A stretch of 41,936 nucleotides of DNA from Desulfonatronovibrionaceae bacterium (GTDB lineage: Bacteria; Desulfobacterota; Desulfovibrionia; Desulfovibrionales; Desulfonatronovibrionaceae), in contig JBKHGE010000018.1 in the NCBI GenBank assembly GCA_046539845.1, positions 1 to 41,936 on the forward strand, written 5' to 3'. Made by a program: the position numbers and the translations under genes. Position 1 is the first letter of the stretch. Each line of letters opens with the position of its first letter. The notes beneath the pieces are model-generated. The model did no database searches. It had not been told where the DNA came from and worked only from the letters and a program-made list of their open reading frames with translations. Of this stretch, positions 18,967-29,567 are shown in pieces.

Positions 18967-20247
18967 CTATCTAAGTCTGGCCCGCGGGTTCCATTCCCGG
19001 CAGAACCTTTCCTCCGGCCATTGCAGGGCAGTGGGCTCTCCTTGAAGAAGGCGGCTTTTCGCGCTCTTGTCCAGGGGGAGCTGAAAGCGGATATAGCCGT
19101 TATACTGTCCGGCCCGTGATATGTCCCCGACCAGAACACAGCCCACAAGCCGGTCCTCTTTGAACACCAGCTTGCGGTAGTTCTGCTTCCCGGGATTTAT
19201 ATCCGCATGTACTTCAAAATCCGTGTCCTCCGGGGGATTGACTATGCCTATGGATACAGTGGACAGGCCGTAGAAACCTATGGAATTCATGGCCAGCCCA
19301 CCTGGATATTCGGACCGGCTTCCGGCCATGTTTCGGCCAGCGAACATACCCTGGCTGTAGGCATTGGGCCAGATCGGGGTCACCCGGCGGTCGCCCCACA
19401 AAAGGTCTCCAGCCTCAGCCACATCCCCTGCGGCATATACTCCTGATACACTGGTCTGCAAAAAATCGTCGACTACAATCCCCCTATTTACTTCCAGGCC
19501 GGCCTCTTTGGCCAGTTCGATACGGGGAGAAACTCCGATGGCCATAACCACTGCATCGGTTTCCAGAAAATCGCCGGCCTTCAAAAACACCCCTCTGACC
19601 CGACCGTTTTCCCTGCGCTCAATCCTTTCCACAGTATCCTGGCAACGGATATCAAAGCCCATATCCATGAGCCTGGAGGAGACCAGCCCCCCGGCTTGAT
19701 CATCAAACGCCACGCTCAGAATCCGGGGAGCGAGCTCAACAATGGTCACCTCCACACCGCGGTCAAAAAGGGCCTCGGCCGCCTTGAGGCCAATCAACCC
19801 ACCGCCGATGACCACGGCCCGGCGCATATCTTTAATCGCCCCGTCCAGCTTACGGGCGTCCTCCCAGCTTAAAAACGTAAACACATCCGATCCTTCCGCG
19901 CCCTGGATCGGGGGGAAGATAGGCGCCCCCCCGGTGGCCAGAAGTAGACGATCAAATTCCTCTTCCGGGCCGTGCGCAATTCCCAGGCGCAAACTTTCCC
20001 CATCCAGATCCCTTACCTCGGTGCCCAGCCTGGTCCGGACCTTGTTTTGCTCGTAGAATTCTTCCGGCCGCAGGAACATCCTGTCTTCGGGCACACCCCC
20101 GGCCAGGTAGTAGGAAATCAAGGGCCGGCCATAGGACATATCCGGCTCCCTGGAAAACAGGGTAATCTCTCCTCTGGGATCCAGACTGCGGATACCCTCC
20201 ACCGCGCCCAGGGAAGCGACTCCATTGCCCACTATTGCGTAGCGCAT
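18967..20247 (-). CDS. FAD-dependent NAD(P)H oxidoreductase (NirB-N/rubredoxin reductase-like)
   Basis: IVGNGVA FAD site, LLLATG, VIGGGLIGLKAAE NAD site, YAAGDVAE. Confidence 0.88.
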   Translation of the reverse strand: MRYAIVGNGVASLGAVEGIRSLDPRGEITLFSREPDMSYGRPLISYYLAGGVPEDRMFLRPEEFYEQNKVRTRLGTEVRDLDGESLRLGIAHGPEEEFDRLLLATGGAPIFPPIQGAEGSDVFTFLSWEDARKLDGAIKDMRRAVVIGGGLIGLKAAEALFDRGVEVTIVELAPRILSVAFDDQAGGLVSSRLMDMGFDIRCQDTVERIERRENGRVRGVFLKAGDFLETDAVVMAIGVSPRIELAKEAGLEVNRGIVVDDFLQTSVSGVYAAGDVAEAGDLLWGDRRVTPIWPNAYSQGMFAGRNMAGSRSEYPGGLAMNSIGFYGLSTVSIGIVNPPEDTDFEVHADINPGKQNYRKLVFKEDRLVGCVLVGDISRAGQYNGYIRFQLPLDKSAKSRLLQGEPTALQWPEERFCREWNPRARLR

Positions 20248-20705
20248 ACGCTCTCCTCCTCGTTTTCCTCCTCCCTGTATTCCAGGGCCTTGTTCGGGCA
20301 GGCGGACACACAGGCGGGCATGTCCCTATCCGGGCAGAGATCACACTTAACAATTTTGTCCCGGACCGGATGCTGCTTTATGGCCCCGAAGGGGCAGGCC
20401 ATGAGACAGGACCAGCAGCCCACGCACTGCTTTTCCTCATAAAGCACCCGCCCGGACTCCGGGTCCTTACGCAGGGCCCCGGAAATGCAAGCCTGGACGC
20501 AATACGGGGTGTCGCAGTGCCGACAGTTCAAAGAAGCGGTGATCCAACCCGCCTCTTCAACAGTGTTTCGGGGCAATAATCCCTGCGGCTCTTCATTCTT
20601 GACCGCCAGGATCAAATCCTTGCTCTCGGAATGCTCCAGCTGACAGGCCAGCTCGCAGAGTCTACATCCGATGCATACTTCCGGGTTTGTGTATACTCTT
20701 TTCAT
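20232..20705 (-). CDS. 4Fe-4S ferredoxin-like electron-transfer protein (HycB/CooF/DmsB-like)
   Basis: 16 Cys in CIGCRLCELAC, CRHCDTPYCVQAC, CVGCWSCLMACP, KCDLC..CVSACP. ATG 20705 lies just after the upstream stop, with a GAAGG SD. Confidence 0.9.
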   Translation of the reverse strand: MKRVYTNPEVCIGCRLCELACQLEHSESKDLILAVKNEEPQGLLPRNTVEEAGWITASLNCRHCDTPYCVQACISGALRKDPESGRVLYEEKQCVGCWSCLMACPFGAIKQHPVRDKIVKCDLCPDRDMPACVSACPNKALEYREEENEEESVCATQ

Positions 20706-20709
20706 TGCC

Positions 20710-22251
20710 TTACCTTCCGGCGTGCTTGACGCCCAAAATATCCATTTCGGTTTCATTCAGACCCACGGCCCGGAGCTTTTCCCGGTTCCCGCGCAGACTT
20801 TCTATGGAATTGAGCCCCATTCCGCCCAAAAGCTCTTCTATCTCGTGCCCCCAGGCGTGGATCAGATTGAACAGTTTGCGGGCGGCTATCTCCGGATTCT
20901 GTCGTTTGGCCAGGGCCGGGACATTGGTGGCTATGCCCCAGGGACATTTGCCGGTATAACACTTCTGGCACATGGTGCAGCCCACCGCCACCAGGGCGGC
21001 CGAACCGATATAGACCGCATCCGCCCCCAAGGCGATGGCCTTGGCCACATCCGCGCTACATCTGACTCCCCCGGCGGCCACTACAGAAGCGTGATTACGG
21101 ATACCTTCGTCACGCAGGCGCTGATCCACGGAAGCCAAAGCCAGCTCAATGGGAATTCCAACATTGTCCCTGGTCATGGTCGGAGCCGCGCCGGTCCCGC
21201 CCCGCAAGCCGTCAATTGCGATAATATCCGCCCCGGCCCGGACCACTCCGGCGGCGATGGCCGCTGAATTATGCACCCCGGCTATCTTAACCGAGACCGG
21301 AACCCGGTATTCCGAGGCCTCCTTAAGGGCGAAAATCAGCTGCCGCAGATCCTCGATGGAATAGATGTCATGATGCGGTGCCGGAGACAGGGCATCCGAG
21401 CCCTGGGGTATCATGCGGGTCATAGACACCCCGGCCCCCACTTTCTCTCCCGGCAGATGGCCGCCAATCCCCGGCTTAGCACCCTGGCCGATCTTGATCT
21501 CAATCCCGGCCCCGGCATTGAGATAATTGCGGTCCACTCCGAACCTGCCGGAGGCCACCTGGACAATTGTATTCGCTCCGTACTTGTAGAGGTCTGGGTG
21601 CAGCCCCCCCTCACCGGTGTTATAGACTATGCCCGCCTCGGTCGAAGCCCTAGCCATAGCCATATGCAGATTAAAATTTATGGAGCCGTAGGACATGGCC
21701 GAAAACATGATCGGATAATCCAATTTGATCTGCGGCGGGACCTCGGTCTTGAGCCGGACGTTGCGGCCGCCTTGCTCCTCGAACTGCAGACTGTCCGGCT
21801 TGCACCCCAAATAGGTCCTGAGTTCCATGGGTTCGCGCAAAGGATCGATAGAGGGATTAGTCACCTGGCTGGCATCCAACAGGAGATGATCCCAGTATAT
21901 TGGATAAGGCTGGGGATTGCCCATCCCGGACAAAAGCACACCGCCGCTGTCCGCCTGTTTGTAAATATTTTTCAAAAAACTGGGCTGCCACAAAGAATTC
22001 TCCCGAAACTGGGAGGGATTGCGGCGGATGGTCAAAGCCCCGGTGGGACAAAAGGCCTCACACCTGTGACACCCTACGCACTTGGTGTTGTCGTGGGCCA
22101 CCTTCTGCCGATTTTCATCCCAAAAATGAGCCAGATAGGAACACTGCCTCTCACAGACCCGACAATTGATACACAGGTTTTCATCCCGCTCAATTACAAA
22201 ATCGTAATAATTGGAGTTAATGGGCTTGTGCAGCAAAATAAGCTCCTGCAA
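20710..22251 (-). CDS. Glutamate synthase FMN-binding subunit with N-terminal 2x[4Fe-4S] ferredoxin domain (archaeal-type GltB2)
   Basis: CINCRVCERQC and CVGCHRCEAFCP; AMSYGS, NTGEGG, QVASGRFGV, EIKIGQGAKPGIGGHLPGEKV, SPAPHHDIYSIEDL, CTMCQKCYTGKCPWG. Start codon (TTG) uncertain. Confidence 0.93.
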   Translation of the reverse strand: MQELILLHKPINSNYYDFVIERDENLCINCRVCERQCSYLAHFWDENRQKVAHDNTKCVGCHRCEAFCPTGALTIRRNPSQFRENSLWQPSFLKNIYKQADSGGVLLSGMGNPQPYPIYWDHLLLDASQVTNPSIDPLREPMELRTYLGCKPDSLQFEEQGGRNVRLKTEVPPQIKLDYPIMFSAMSYGSINFNLHMAMARASTEAGIVYNTGEGGLHPDLYKYGANTIVQVASGRFGVDRNYLNAGAGIEIKIGQGAKPGIGGHLPGEKVGAGVSMTRMIPQGSDALSPAPHHDIYSIEDLRQLIFALKEASEYRVPVSVKIAGVHNSAAIAAGVVRAGADIIAIDGLRGGTGAAPTMTRDNVGIPIELALASVDQRLRDEGIRNHASVVAAGGVRCSADVAKAIALGADAVYIGSAALVAVGCTMCQKCYTGKCPWGIATNVPALAKRQNPEIAARKLFNLIHAWGHEIEELLGGMGLNSIESLRGNREKLRAVGLNETEMDILGVKHAGR

Positions 22252-22475
22252 TTATAGTTACTATTCACAAGATAGATTGGGAAAAACTATCGAGGCAACC
22301 AAAAATAAAGGTGGCTGCAGTTCAAGGAGACTCGTCCATGGAGGATATCTACCTAGGTCAAAAGGATGGGAGATGTCAACTGTGTGCAATAACGAGCAAG
22401 CCAGAAAAGCGCAAAAATCAAAAAAACTTGCTGAAATAAATTAATTATTGTGGAAAGGGGTATCTATCCGATCGG

Positions 22476-23912
22476 TTACCAGTATTTAGAGCGTAGCTTG
22501 AATTCCTTTTCCAGATCCTCGACCTCTTCTTTTTGCTCTCTGGTCTCTGCCAAGGCCGGCAGCTTTTCCAGATATAAACGTAGGTTGGACCTGTTCTCAG
22601 AATACAAAAATGAATAGGCCATCTGCAGGTGGGCGTCGAACATCTTTTTCTGGCGGGCATATACCCTGGCTAGAGTCCGGCGGACATCAGGATTCTCCGG
22701 GAGTTCCTTCAATACCCGTTCCAGAAAGGAAAGCGCCTGGGCATCCTTATTCTGCTCCGCCAGGACCCGGGCGTAATAAAATAGGGCCAGGCCATCCCTG
22801 GGAGAAAGAAATACCGCCTTTTGCAGGTACTCGGCGGCCTGATCAAGCTCGTCATAAGAGTAATAGAAACGCCCGGCCTCGCGCAGAAAGAGGGCATCGT
22901 CTTCGTTGCCGGACAAGGCCTTTTCAAAGACTTGAACGGCCTCTTCGATCCGATTCAGGCGGCTAAGAGTGATTCCCGCGCCCAATTGGCTGAGATCCGG
23001 GGAAGGCCACCCAGACTGGAAATGGCGTAGCGCGGTGGACGGATCCGAATATCTGGCCCGAAGCAGGGTCTGAATCCGGTGCAGACGATGATCCTCGTAT
23101 TCTCGCTTGCGGTATTCCGCTGACATCCGGTCCACTCTGTTCTCAAGATACCCCAACCTTTCATTCACCCCGGGATGGGTGCTCAGATAGGAGGGGATAT
23201 TACCGCCACCGGCTCCAAGTCGACTGGCCTTGCGGATTTTGTCAAAGGCGGAGACCATACACTCCGGATTGTACCCGGAATCCACCAAAAAGGACATGCC
23301 CAGCTGATCCGCCTGGCGCTCATGGTCCCGGCTGTATTTAAGAAGAGCGCTTTGAGAACCGGCCAGACTGCCGGCCACAATGGCCTCGGACCCTTCAGAG
23401 GACTGAGAGCCGATAAACACCCCGGCCAGCACGCCCAGAATGCTTCCCAGGGACAACCACTGCGATTTTTCAATATTTCGGGCTACATGGCGCTCAGATA
23501 CATGGGCCAGCTCATGGGCTATCACTGCGGCCAGCTCGTCCTCGTGCTCCACCTTCAATATGAGCCCGGAAAAAACGAACATATATCCGGCCACCGTGGC
23601 AAAGGCGTTCATGGAATTGTTGTTGATCACATTTGGCTTCAGGGAAAAGGGCTGGGGGGGCATGTTTTTCTCGATCCGGTCCACAATATAGCGGATATAC
23701 CCGGTGATTTCCGGATCATCGACTAGTTCGAATCTGGACCGGATCATCCTACTGAACTTTTCTCCGAGCTCAGCCTCCTCCTTAAGGGTAAATTCGCCGA
23801 ACCCGGCCCGGGCATGGACCGGCAACCAAAGAACATAAAGGAGTAAAAAAAGGAGAGAAAAACCCTTGCATACCGGGCGGTTCAAAATCATATATTCACC
23901 CGGACCTGTCAC
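22476..23912 (-). CDS. M48-family metalloprotease with TPR repeats (BepA/YfgC-like)
   Basis: Signal-peptide-like N-terminus, NAFA, HELAH (HExxH), [17 protein letters not shown]-terminal TPR-like helices. Confidence 0.9.
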   Translation of the reverse strand: MTGPGEYMILNRPVCKGFSLLFLLLYVLWLPVHARAGFGEFTLKEEAELGEKFSRMIRSRFELVDDPEITGYIRYIVDRIEKNMPPQPFSLKPNVINNNSMNAFATVAGYMFVFSGLILKVEHEDELAAVIAHELAHVSERHVARNIEKSQWLSLGSILGVLAGVFIGSQSSEGSEAIVAGSLAGSQSALLKYSRDHERQADQLGMSFLVDSGYNPECMVSAFDKIRKASRLGAGGGNIPSYLSTHPGVNERLGYLENRVDRMSAEYRKREYEDHRLHRIQTLLRARYSDPSTALRHFQSGWPSPDLSQLGAGITLSRLNRIEEAVQVFEKALSGNEDDALFLREAGRFYYSYDELDQAAEYLQKAVFLSPRDGLALFYYARVLAEQNKDAQALSFLERVLKELPENPDVRRTLARVYARQKKMFDAHLQMAYSFLYSENRSNLRLYLEKLPALAETREQKEEVEDLEKEFKLRSKYW

Positions 23913-25156
23913 TTGTTCATCAGGTCCAAAAATTCCTGGTTGCTTTTGGTCCCTCGCATTTTCTCTAACAAAAACTCCATACTGTCAATCGTGTTCATCG
24001 GGGCCAGTACCTTGCGCAGTATCCACATCCTGTTCAAGACTTGTTCGTCGAGCAAAAGCTCTTCTTTCCTGGTCCCGGAGCGATTGATGTCCAGAGCCGG
24101 GAATACACGTTTATCCGCCAAGTGTCTGTCCAGATATATCTCCATATTGCCGGTGCCCTTGAATTCCTCGAAAATGACCTCATCCATCCGCGACCCGGTG
24201 TCTATCAATGCGGTGGCTATAATGGACAGACTGCCGCCTTCCTCCACATTGCGGGCAGCACCAAAAAACCTCTTCGGCCGCTGCATGGCGTTGGCATCCA
24301 GCCCTCCGGAAAGCACTCTCCCGGAGGAAGGGATTATGGCATTAAATGCCCGGCCCAAACGGGTAATACTGTCCAGAAGGATAACCACATCCTTCTTGCG
24401 CTCCACCAGCCTCTTGGCCTTTTCCAGGACCATCTCCGCCACTTGCACGTGGCGCTGTGGGGGTTCGTCAAAAGTGGAGCTGACTACCTCCGCCCGGACC
24501 GTACGTTCCATATCCGTGACCTCTTCCGGCCTCTCATCGATCAATAGGACAATCAAATACGCATCCGGATTGTTCACACTTATGGAATTGGCGATAGTCT
24601 GCAAGAACATGGTCTTGCCGGTCCGGGGCGGAGCAACAATCAAACCACGCTGGCCGGTACCAATGGGTGCAAGCAGATCAATTATCCGGGCCGAATAATT
24701 CTCGCTCCCGTTTTCCAGCCGAAAGCGCTTGTCCGGGTAGATCGGAGTCAGATTATCAAAAAGGACCAGATTCTTGGAATGTTCCGGAGTATCGTACCCC
24801 ACCTCGTTGACCCGAAGCAGAGCGAAATAGCGCTCACCCTCCTTGGGCGGCCTAATCTGGCCGGCAACGACATCCCCGGTCCTCAACCCGAAACGCCTTA
24901 TCTGGGAGGGGGAGACATAAATATCGTCCGGACCCGGCATATAACTGTACATGGGGGAACGGAGGAACCCGAACCCGTCAGGCAGTATCTCCAAGACCCC
25001 CTCTCCGGAGATGCTCCCGTTCTGAGAGGCACAGGCCTGCAGGATGGCGAATATAAGCTCCTGCTTGCGCATACTGCTCGGGTTTTCAATGGAAAATTCC
25101 TTGGACAGTTCCATCAATTCAGGCATTGACTTACTCTTAAGCTCCGTCAGGTTCAT
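23909..25156 (-). CDS. rho: Transcription termination factor Rho
   Basis: [63 protein letters not shown]. Confidence 0.99.
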   Translation of the reverse strand: MNLTELKSKSMPELMELSKEFSIENPSSMRKQELIFAILQACASQNGSISGEGVLEILPDGFGFLRSPMYSYMPGPDDIYVSPSQIRRFGLRTGDVVAGQIRPPKEGERYFALLRVNEVGYDTPEHSKNLVLFDNLTPIYPDKRFRLENGSENYSARIIDLLAPIGTGQRGLIVAPPRTGKTMFLQTIANSISVNNPDAYLIVLLIDERPEEVTDMERTVRAEVVSSTFDEPPQRHVQVAEMVLEKAKRLVERKKDVVILLDSITRLGRAFNAIIPSSGRVLSGGLDANAMQRPKRFFGAARNVEEGGSLSIIATALIDTGSRMDEVIFEEFKGTGNMEIYLDRHLADKRVFPALDINRSGTRKEELLLDEQVLNRMWILRKVLAPMNTIDSMEFLLEKMRGTKSNQEFLDLMNK

Positions 25157-26285
25157 GCACTTTTCTCCTTAAATTAACTGATATGTGGATCAAAAATATA
25201 CAGACCGCAGCCTTGATAGGCGGCCTTCCACACTTGGAGTGGATTTTATCTACCCCAGGTCCGAAGGTCGCAAATGGAAAAAAACATATTACCAAAACGG
25301 CTTCGGGCCTTCCATGAAAAGGCTAGTCAAGAGTCCGACGTGACGGACCACTTTTTTCCTGCGAACCGCCCAAAGCCCCGATAAGTCATGCTTCCATTCG
25401 CACTCTTTAATGGGCCTTTGCCATTAGGCCCGGTGCACTCAAACGTAAAGATGGATTTTGAACACTTATTCGCCGGGCCCGTGAAGGACTTCGAAAAATT
25501 AACGGCCTATAAAAGAGCGTATCCGCGCTTATTTAGGAAAGGCCCGGACCGCCTGACCACTACGTGGCTGGCGACAAAGACACGAAGATAACGATACTCC
25601 CCAAAATTTGCATATAATCTCCAGGGACCCCAAAATACCCGATTTTGACCAAATACAGCTGGACAATAAGTCCCAGCGGCTACCGTAGCTCGGCACTCGG
25701 AGCTGCATTGTAAAGAAGTTTGCGGGGACGGCTAGGGTATTGAAAAGAAAAAATTTCCCGGTAATTGAATAGAGTTAATGCATCGAGCCCCAAAAACACC
25801 CAGTGATTATTGTCTTCTGGTGGACTGCAGCAACAACTGTTAATATTGTCAATATACGCCACAGATACAGCCTCAATCCCAATTCTGCTCTGGCCTGATA
25901 GGTAGTATTGCGTGTCGAATTCAGGGATGGACGGTGCACTCAATACACCATTTCCGGGATAAAATTATCCCTGCAGACTGGGCGATAAAGGCCTGAGCAC
26001 TATTTTTTGCTGAAACGATATAATTAATCCGGCAGGATCGTTCATATTAGCGGTTAATAATTTTGAATTAATACAGCCTTGAAAACTAGGGTACCTCAAG
26101 GGCCGGCCGAATGCAACAAATAATTGTGTACTTTGTATTCTATGCCGCCCGAAAATTATCTTCAGAATTGCAGAGCAAATAGGCGGTTCGGTTTTTTCCA
26201 ATAAAAGGAATGCTCAATCCGGCCTAAACCTGGGAGGTTGATAAAACCTGGATTCCTGTCGGTCAAGCAAAAAACTGGGCGGGGC

Positions 26286-26840
26286 TCACAGACTGTTTTC
26301 TTCTTCGTCCTCGTCACCTTCTCCGGAAGCTGACTCTTCCCTGGCCGCAATAATATCCGAAAACAGATCCTCCACCTTGGTTTTGGCCTCGCTCTGGGGG
26401 ATGTCCAGGGCATAAGACAACTCCATAGAGATAAGGCCCATGGCCTGTTCCATCAGCCGCCTTTCCCCGAAGGACAATTCCTTGTCCTTGCTTATCAGAA
26501 AAAGCTCCTTCAGGACATAGGCCACGTCCCTCAGATCCTCGCTCTTCAATTTTTCGGAATATTCGCGATACCGGCGGTTCCAATTCTGGCCAGAGTAGCC
26601 TGTAAAATCGGAACGATCCTGGAGGTAATCCATAATCTGCTGCCCTTTTTCCCGGGAATATATGGACCGCAGACCAACATTTTCCGCGTTGGTCACAGGC
26701 ACCATCAGGGTAACATTGTTGCTCAATATACGGACTATATACAGCTCGGTCTCTACACCGCCGATGGTCTGCTTCTCAATCCCCTCTACTTTACCCACTC
26801 CCTGTGCGGGATAGACAACCAATGCTCCGACTGAAAACAC
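26286..26840 (-). CDS. CarD/CdnL-family RNA polymerase-binding regulator
   Basis: FSVGALVVYPAQGVG, LMVPV..VGLR, NWNRRYREY, LSFGER; GTG at 26840 behind a GGAGG SD. Confidence 0.92.
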   Translation of the reverse strand: MFSVGALVVYPAQGVGKVEGIEKQTIGGVETELYIVRILSNNVTLMVPVTNAENVGLRSIYSREKGQQIMDYLQDRSDFTGYSGQNWNRRYREYSEKLKSEDLRDVAYVLKELFLISKDKELSFGERRLMEQAMGLISMELSYALDIPQSEAKTKVEDLFSDIIAAREESASGEGDEDEEENSL

Positions 26841-27062
26841 TCGTACCTCCAGAATAAAAAATAATGACCGCGCCAATCAGCAGCTGTGTACAGCATAACT
26901 GAATTTAAAGGAATAGTCTATGGCCAGAAGGACAATTTTGTCCGCGGAGGCAAACAAAAAATCCTGTAAACAAACCGGGCTTGCCGGAACAGCCCCAGGA
27001 CCAAAAATACCCGGCGGAAGGAAGCCACAACAAACGACGAGGAACCAAATAAAGGTTAGGGG

Positions 27063-27659
27063 TTATTGGCTGTTAACCCACTGCTGGGCCTTGGAAAAGT
27101 CCTGCTCCAGAAAAATGATTATCCCCTTAATCGCCGTGTTTACGGCCGCGGGCAGCTCTTGCCTTTCACCGGGGGTAAGCTTCTCCAGGACATAATCTGC
27201 TGTATTCGTGCCGGCCAGAGGCCTCCCTATCCCCATGCGAACCCTGGGAAATTCCCGGGTTCCAAGGGACTCGGCCACAGAGCGGAGTCCGTTATGCCCA
27301 GCCAGACCTCCACCCATCTTCATTCGAACCGTGCCCGGCTCGAGATCCAATTCATCATGGACTGTCAAAACCCGTTCTGGAGCGGTCATGTTTTTGCGCA
27401 GAATTTCGGCCACAGCCAATCCGCTGCGGTTCATATAGGTCGAGGGCTTTAAAACCGCCGTCCCCGGACCGAAGCCGGTTTTTTCGCAGACAAAACCTTT
27501 TGCCCTGCTGAGCCCGGGGATCTCCTTTACTCTCCAGTCAGAATCTGAAGCCAGGGCGTTGAGGAAAGCGTCAACGACCATAAAACCCAGATTATGTCTG
27601 GTGCGCCTGTAGCGGGGACCGGGGTTACCCAATCCGACAATCAGTGTTGACAGATTCAT
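27063..27659 (-). CDS. pth: Peptidyl-tRNA hydrolase
   Basis: IVGLGNPG, TRHNLGF, KPSTYMNRSG, VHDELD, GHNGLRS, RMGIGRP. ATG 27659 chosen over TTG 27674. Confidence 0.96.
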   Translation of the reverse strand: MNLSTLIVGLGNPGPRYRRTRHNLGFMVVDAFLNALASDSDWRVKEIPGLSRAKGFVCEKTGFGPGTAVLKPSTYMNRSGLAVAEILRKNMTAPERVLTVHDELDLEPGTVRMKMGGGLAGHNGLRSVAESLGTREFPRVRMGIGRPLAGTNTADYVLEKLTPGERQELPAAVNTAIKGIIIFLEQDFSKAQQWVNSQ

Positions 27660-27671
27660 CCTATAATCGCG

Positions 27672-27700
27672 CAAAATAAAAGCCCCTGCTCGGGGCTTTT
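27672..27700 (-). terminator. Terminator-like hairpin between rplY and pth
   Basis: Minus strand reads AAAAGCCCC-GAGCA-GGGGCTTTT then ATTTT. Confidence 0.65.
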
Positions 27701-27730
27701 GTTGTTTTGAAAACCAAAAAGAGAAAAGAG

Positions 27731-28396
27731 TTAGTCTTCGGATTCTTCCTGGTCTTCTGCTTCATCTTCCCCAGCAGGCCCTTCTTCTCCGATGATTTCG
27801 GCTTCCTCCTCCTCAATCTCGGGCTCAATAGCCTCCTCAACATAGTGGCTGACCCCGACAATGGCAAAATTCTCATTTTCGTCAAATATCGGAGTGACCC
27901 CTTCAGGCAAAGTGAGGTCCTCGATGTTGATATTGTCGTTTATATCCAGCTCACTGACATCAATGCTTATCTCATTGGGGATATTGTCCGGCAGGCAGGA
28001 AACTTCAATACTCTCCCGATAGACCTCCAACACACCGTCGTTGTCGGCCACTCCCTTGGGCTCTCCGGTAACCACCACCGGTACGGAGATGGTCAATTCC
28101 TTTTTCATGTCCACACCGTAAAAATCGGCATGGATATAAAAAGGCTTGACCGGATCCGAATCTACGGCCCAAATCAGAGCCGGCCTTTTCTTGCCGTCCA
28201 CATTCAGCTCCACCAGCTCCGTGGTTCCGGCCTGCTTCCAAACTTTGGTAAAGGGGACATACTTGACCTTGATGGCCACGTTATTGCCCTTGGTATCATA
28301 AAAAACAGCCGGCAGGTAACCGTTATCTCTCAGGGAGCGCAGGGCCCCTTTGGCCCTCTCCGGCCTGGATTCGGCGTTTAAATTGAGTTCGCTCAT
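27731..28396 (-). CDS. rplY: 50S ribosomal protein L25 / Ctc (long form, acidic tail)
   Basis: LRDNGYLPAVFY, HADFY, VPVVVTG..KGV, CLPDNIP; located between prs and pth; AAGGAGAG SD. Confidence 0.95.
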   Translation of the reverse strand: MSELNLNAESRPERAKGALRSLRDNGYLPAVFYDTKGNNVAIKVKYVPFTKVWKQAGTTELVELNVDGKKRPALIWAVDSDPVKPFYIHADFYGVDMKKELTISVPVVVTGEPKGVADNDGVLEVYRESIEVSCLPDNIPNEISIDVSELDINDNINIEDLTLPEGVTPIFDENENFAIVGVSHYVEEAIEPEIEEEEAEIIGEEGPAGEDEAEDQEESED

Positions 28397-28439
28397 CTCA
28401 TGCTCTCCTTTATATTGTAACTATTTATGCCCGGAAAAA

Positions 28440-29387
28440 TCAGCGGGAAAACAAAACACTAACCGAAGATTCGGTGTGAATATTATGAATGGCCTTGGCC
28501 AGTAGACTGGCCACAGATATGACCCGGACTTTACTCGACTTTTCCGCCTCCGGATTCAGTGGGATAGTGTCGGTGACAATTACCTCTGAATACAAAGAAT
28601 TCTCCAGCCTGTTAACCGCAGGTCCGGACAGGATGGGGTGAGTGGCGCAGGCCACGACCTGCTTGGCCCCGCTGTCGGAAAGTACCTTGGCTGCCGCTGC
28701 TATAGTCCCGGCGGTATCAATCATGTCATCCAAGACTATGGCTATCTTGTCCCTGACGTCCCCGATTACCCGCATGGCCTCCGCTTTATTGGGCATATCG
28801 CGCCTCTTGTCCACAATGGCCAAACCGGCACCCAGCCTCTTGGCAAAGGCCCGGGCCCGCTCGGTTCCGCCGGCATCCGGGGAAACAATCACCAGCTCAC
28901 CGTCGAAACTGTGCATATAATCGAGTAGTACTTCCGCGGCAAACAGGTTGTCCACCGGGATATTGAAAAAACCCTGTATTTGCCCCGCATGGAGGTCAAC
29001 GGTAAGCACCCTGTCCACTCCGGAGGTGGCAATAAAGTCAGCCACGAGCTTGGCACTTATAGGGACGCGGGGTACCACCTTGCGGTCCTGCCGGGCATAT
29101 CCGAAATAGGGGACCACGGCAGTTACCCGCCCCACGCTGGCTCTGCGCAGGGCGTCCAGCATGAGGCAAAGCTCCATGAGATTATGATTCACCGGGGCGC
29201 AAGTAGACTGGACAACAAAGACATCATCCCCGCGTACGTTATCCCCGATCTCTACCCTTATCTCGCCGTCACTGAAGGCGCTGACCATGGTCGGAGCCAG
29301 GGTAGTGCCCAAGTGATCGCAGATGCCCTCGGCCAGCCTTTGATTGGCCGTACCAGTAATGATTTTCAGCTCCCCGTGCCTGGCCAT
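28440..29387 (-). CDS. prs: Ribose-phosphate pyrophosphokinase
   Basis: [46 protein letters not shown] 29387 behind GGAG. Confidence 0.98.
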   Translation of the reverse strand: MARHGELKIITGTANQRLAEGICDHLGTTLAPTMVSAFSDGEIRVEIGDNVRGDDVFVVQSTCAPVNHNLMELCLMLDALRRASVGRVTAVVPYFGYARQDRKVVPRVPISAKLVADFIATSGVDRVLTVDLHAGQIQGFFNIPVDNLFAAEVLLDYMHSFDGELVIVSPDAGGTERARAFAKRLGAGLAIVDKRRDMPNKAEAMRVIGDVRDKIAIVLDDMIDTAGTIAAAAKVLSDSGAKQVVACATHPILSGPAVNRLENSLYSEVIVTDTIPLNPEAEKSSKVRVISVASLLAKAIHNIHTESSVSVLFSR

Positions 29388-29492
29388 GGAATACTCTCCA
29401 CAAAATTGGTTATCCGACGTTAGCAATGGATCGGAAAAACAGGCCTGTTTGGGATCGGAAAAATCCATACCAAACGTCGAGCGGTAATAAAT

Positions 29493-29567
29493 TGGCTGGG
29501 GCGGAAGGATTCGAACCTTCGCATGACGGGACCAAAACCCGTTGCCTTACCGCTTGGCTACGCCCCA
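29493..29567 (-). tRNA. tRNA-Gln (anticodon TTG)
   Basis: TGGGGCGTAGCCAAGCGGTAAGGCAACGGGTTTTGGTCCCGTCATGCGAAGGTTCGAATCCTTCCGCCCCAGCCA folds as a cloverleaf with encoded CCA. Confidence 0.97.

Noticed and set aside
18008..22257. Long plus-strand ORFs (18008-18949, 21271-22257 and others) opposite the glutamate synthase genes
   Set aside because: Antisense shadows expected in GC-rich coding DNA; the minus-strand genes carry all the motifs.
23913..24698. 261-aa plus-strand ORF antisense to rho
   Set aside because: Shadow frame of a highly conserved gene; no recognisable motifs.
25388..26201. Small ORFs (67-87 aa) in the carD-rho gap
   Set aside because: No convincing SD, motifs or coding-like composition.
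27707..28381. 224-aa ORF antisense to rplY
   Set aside because: Fully overlaps a clear L25 gene on the other strand.
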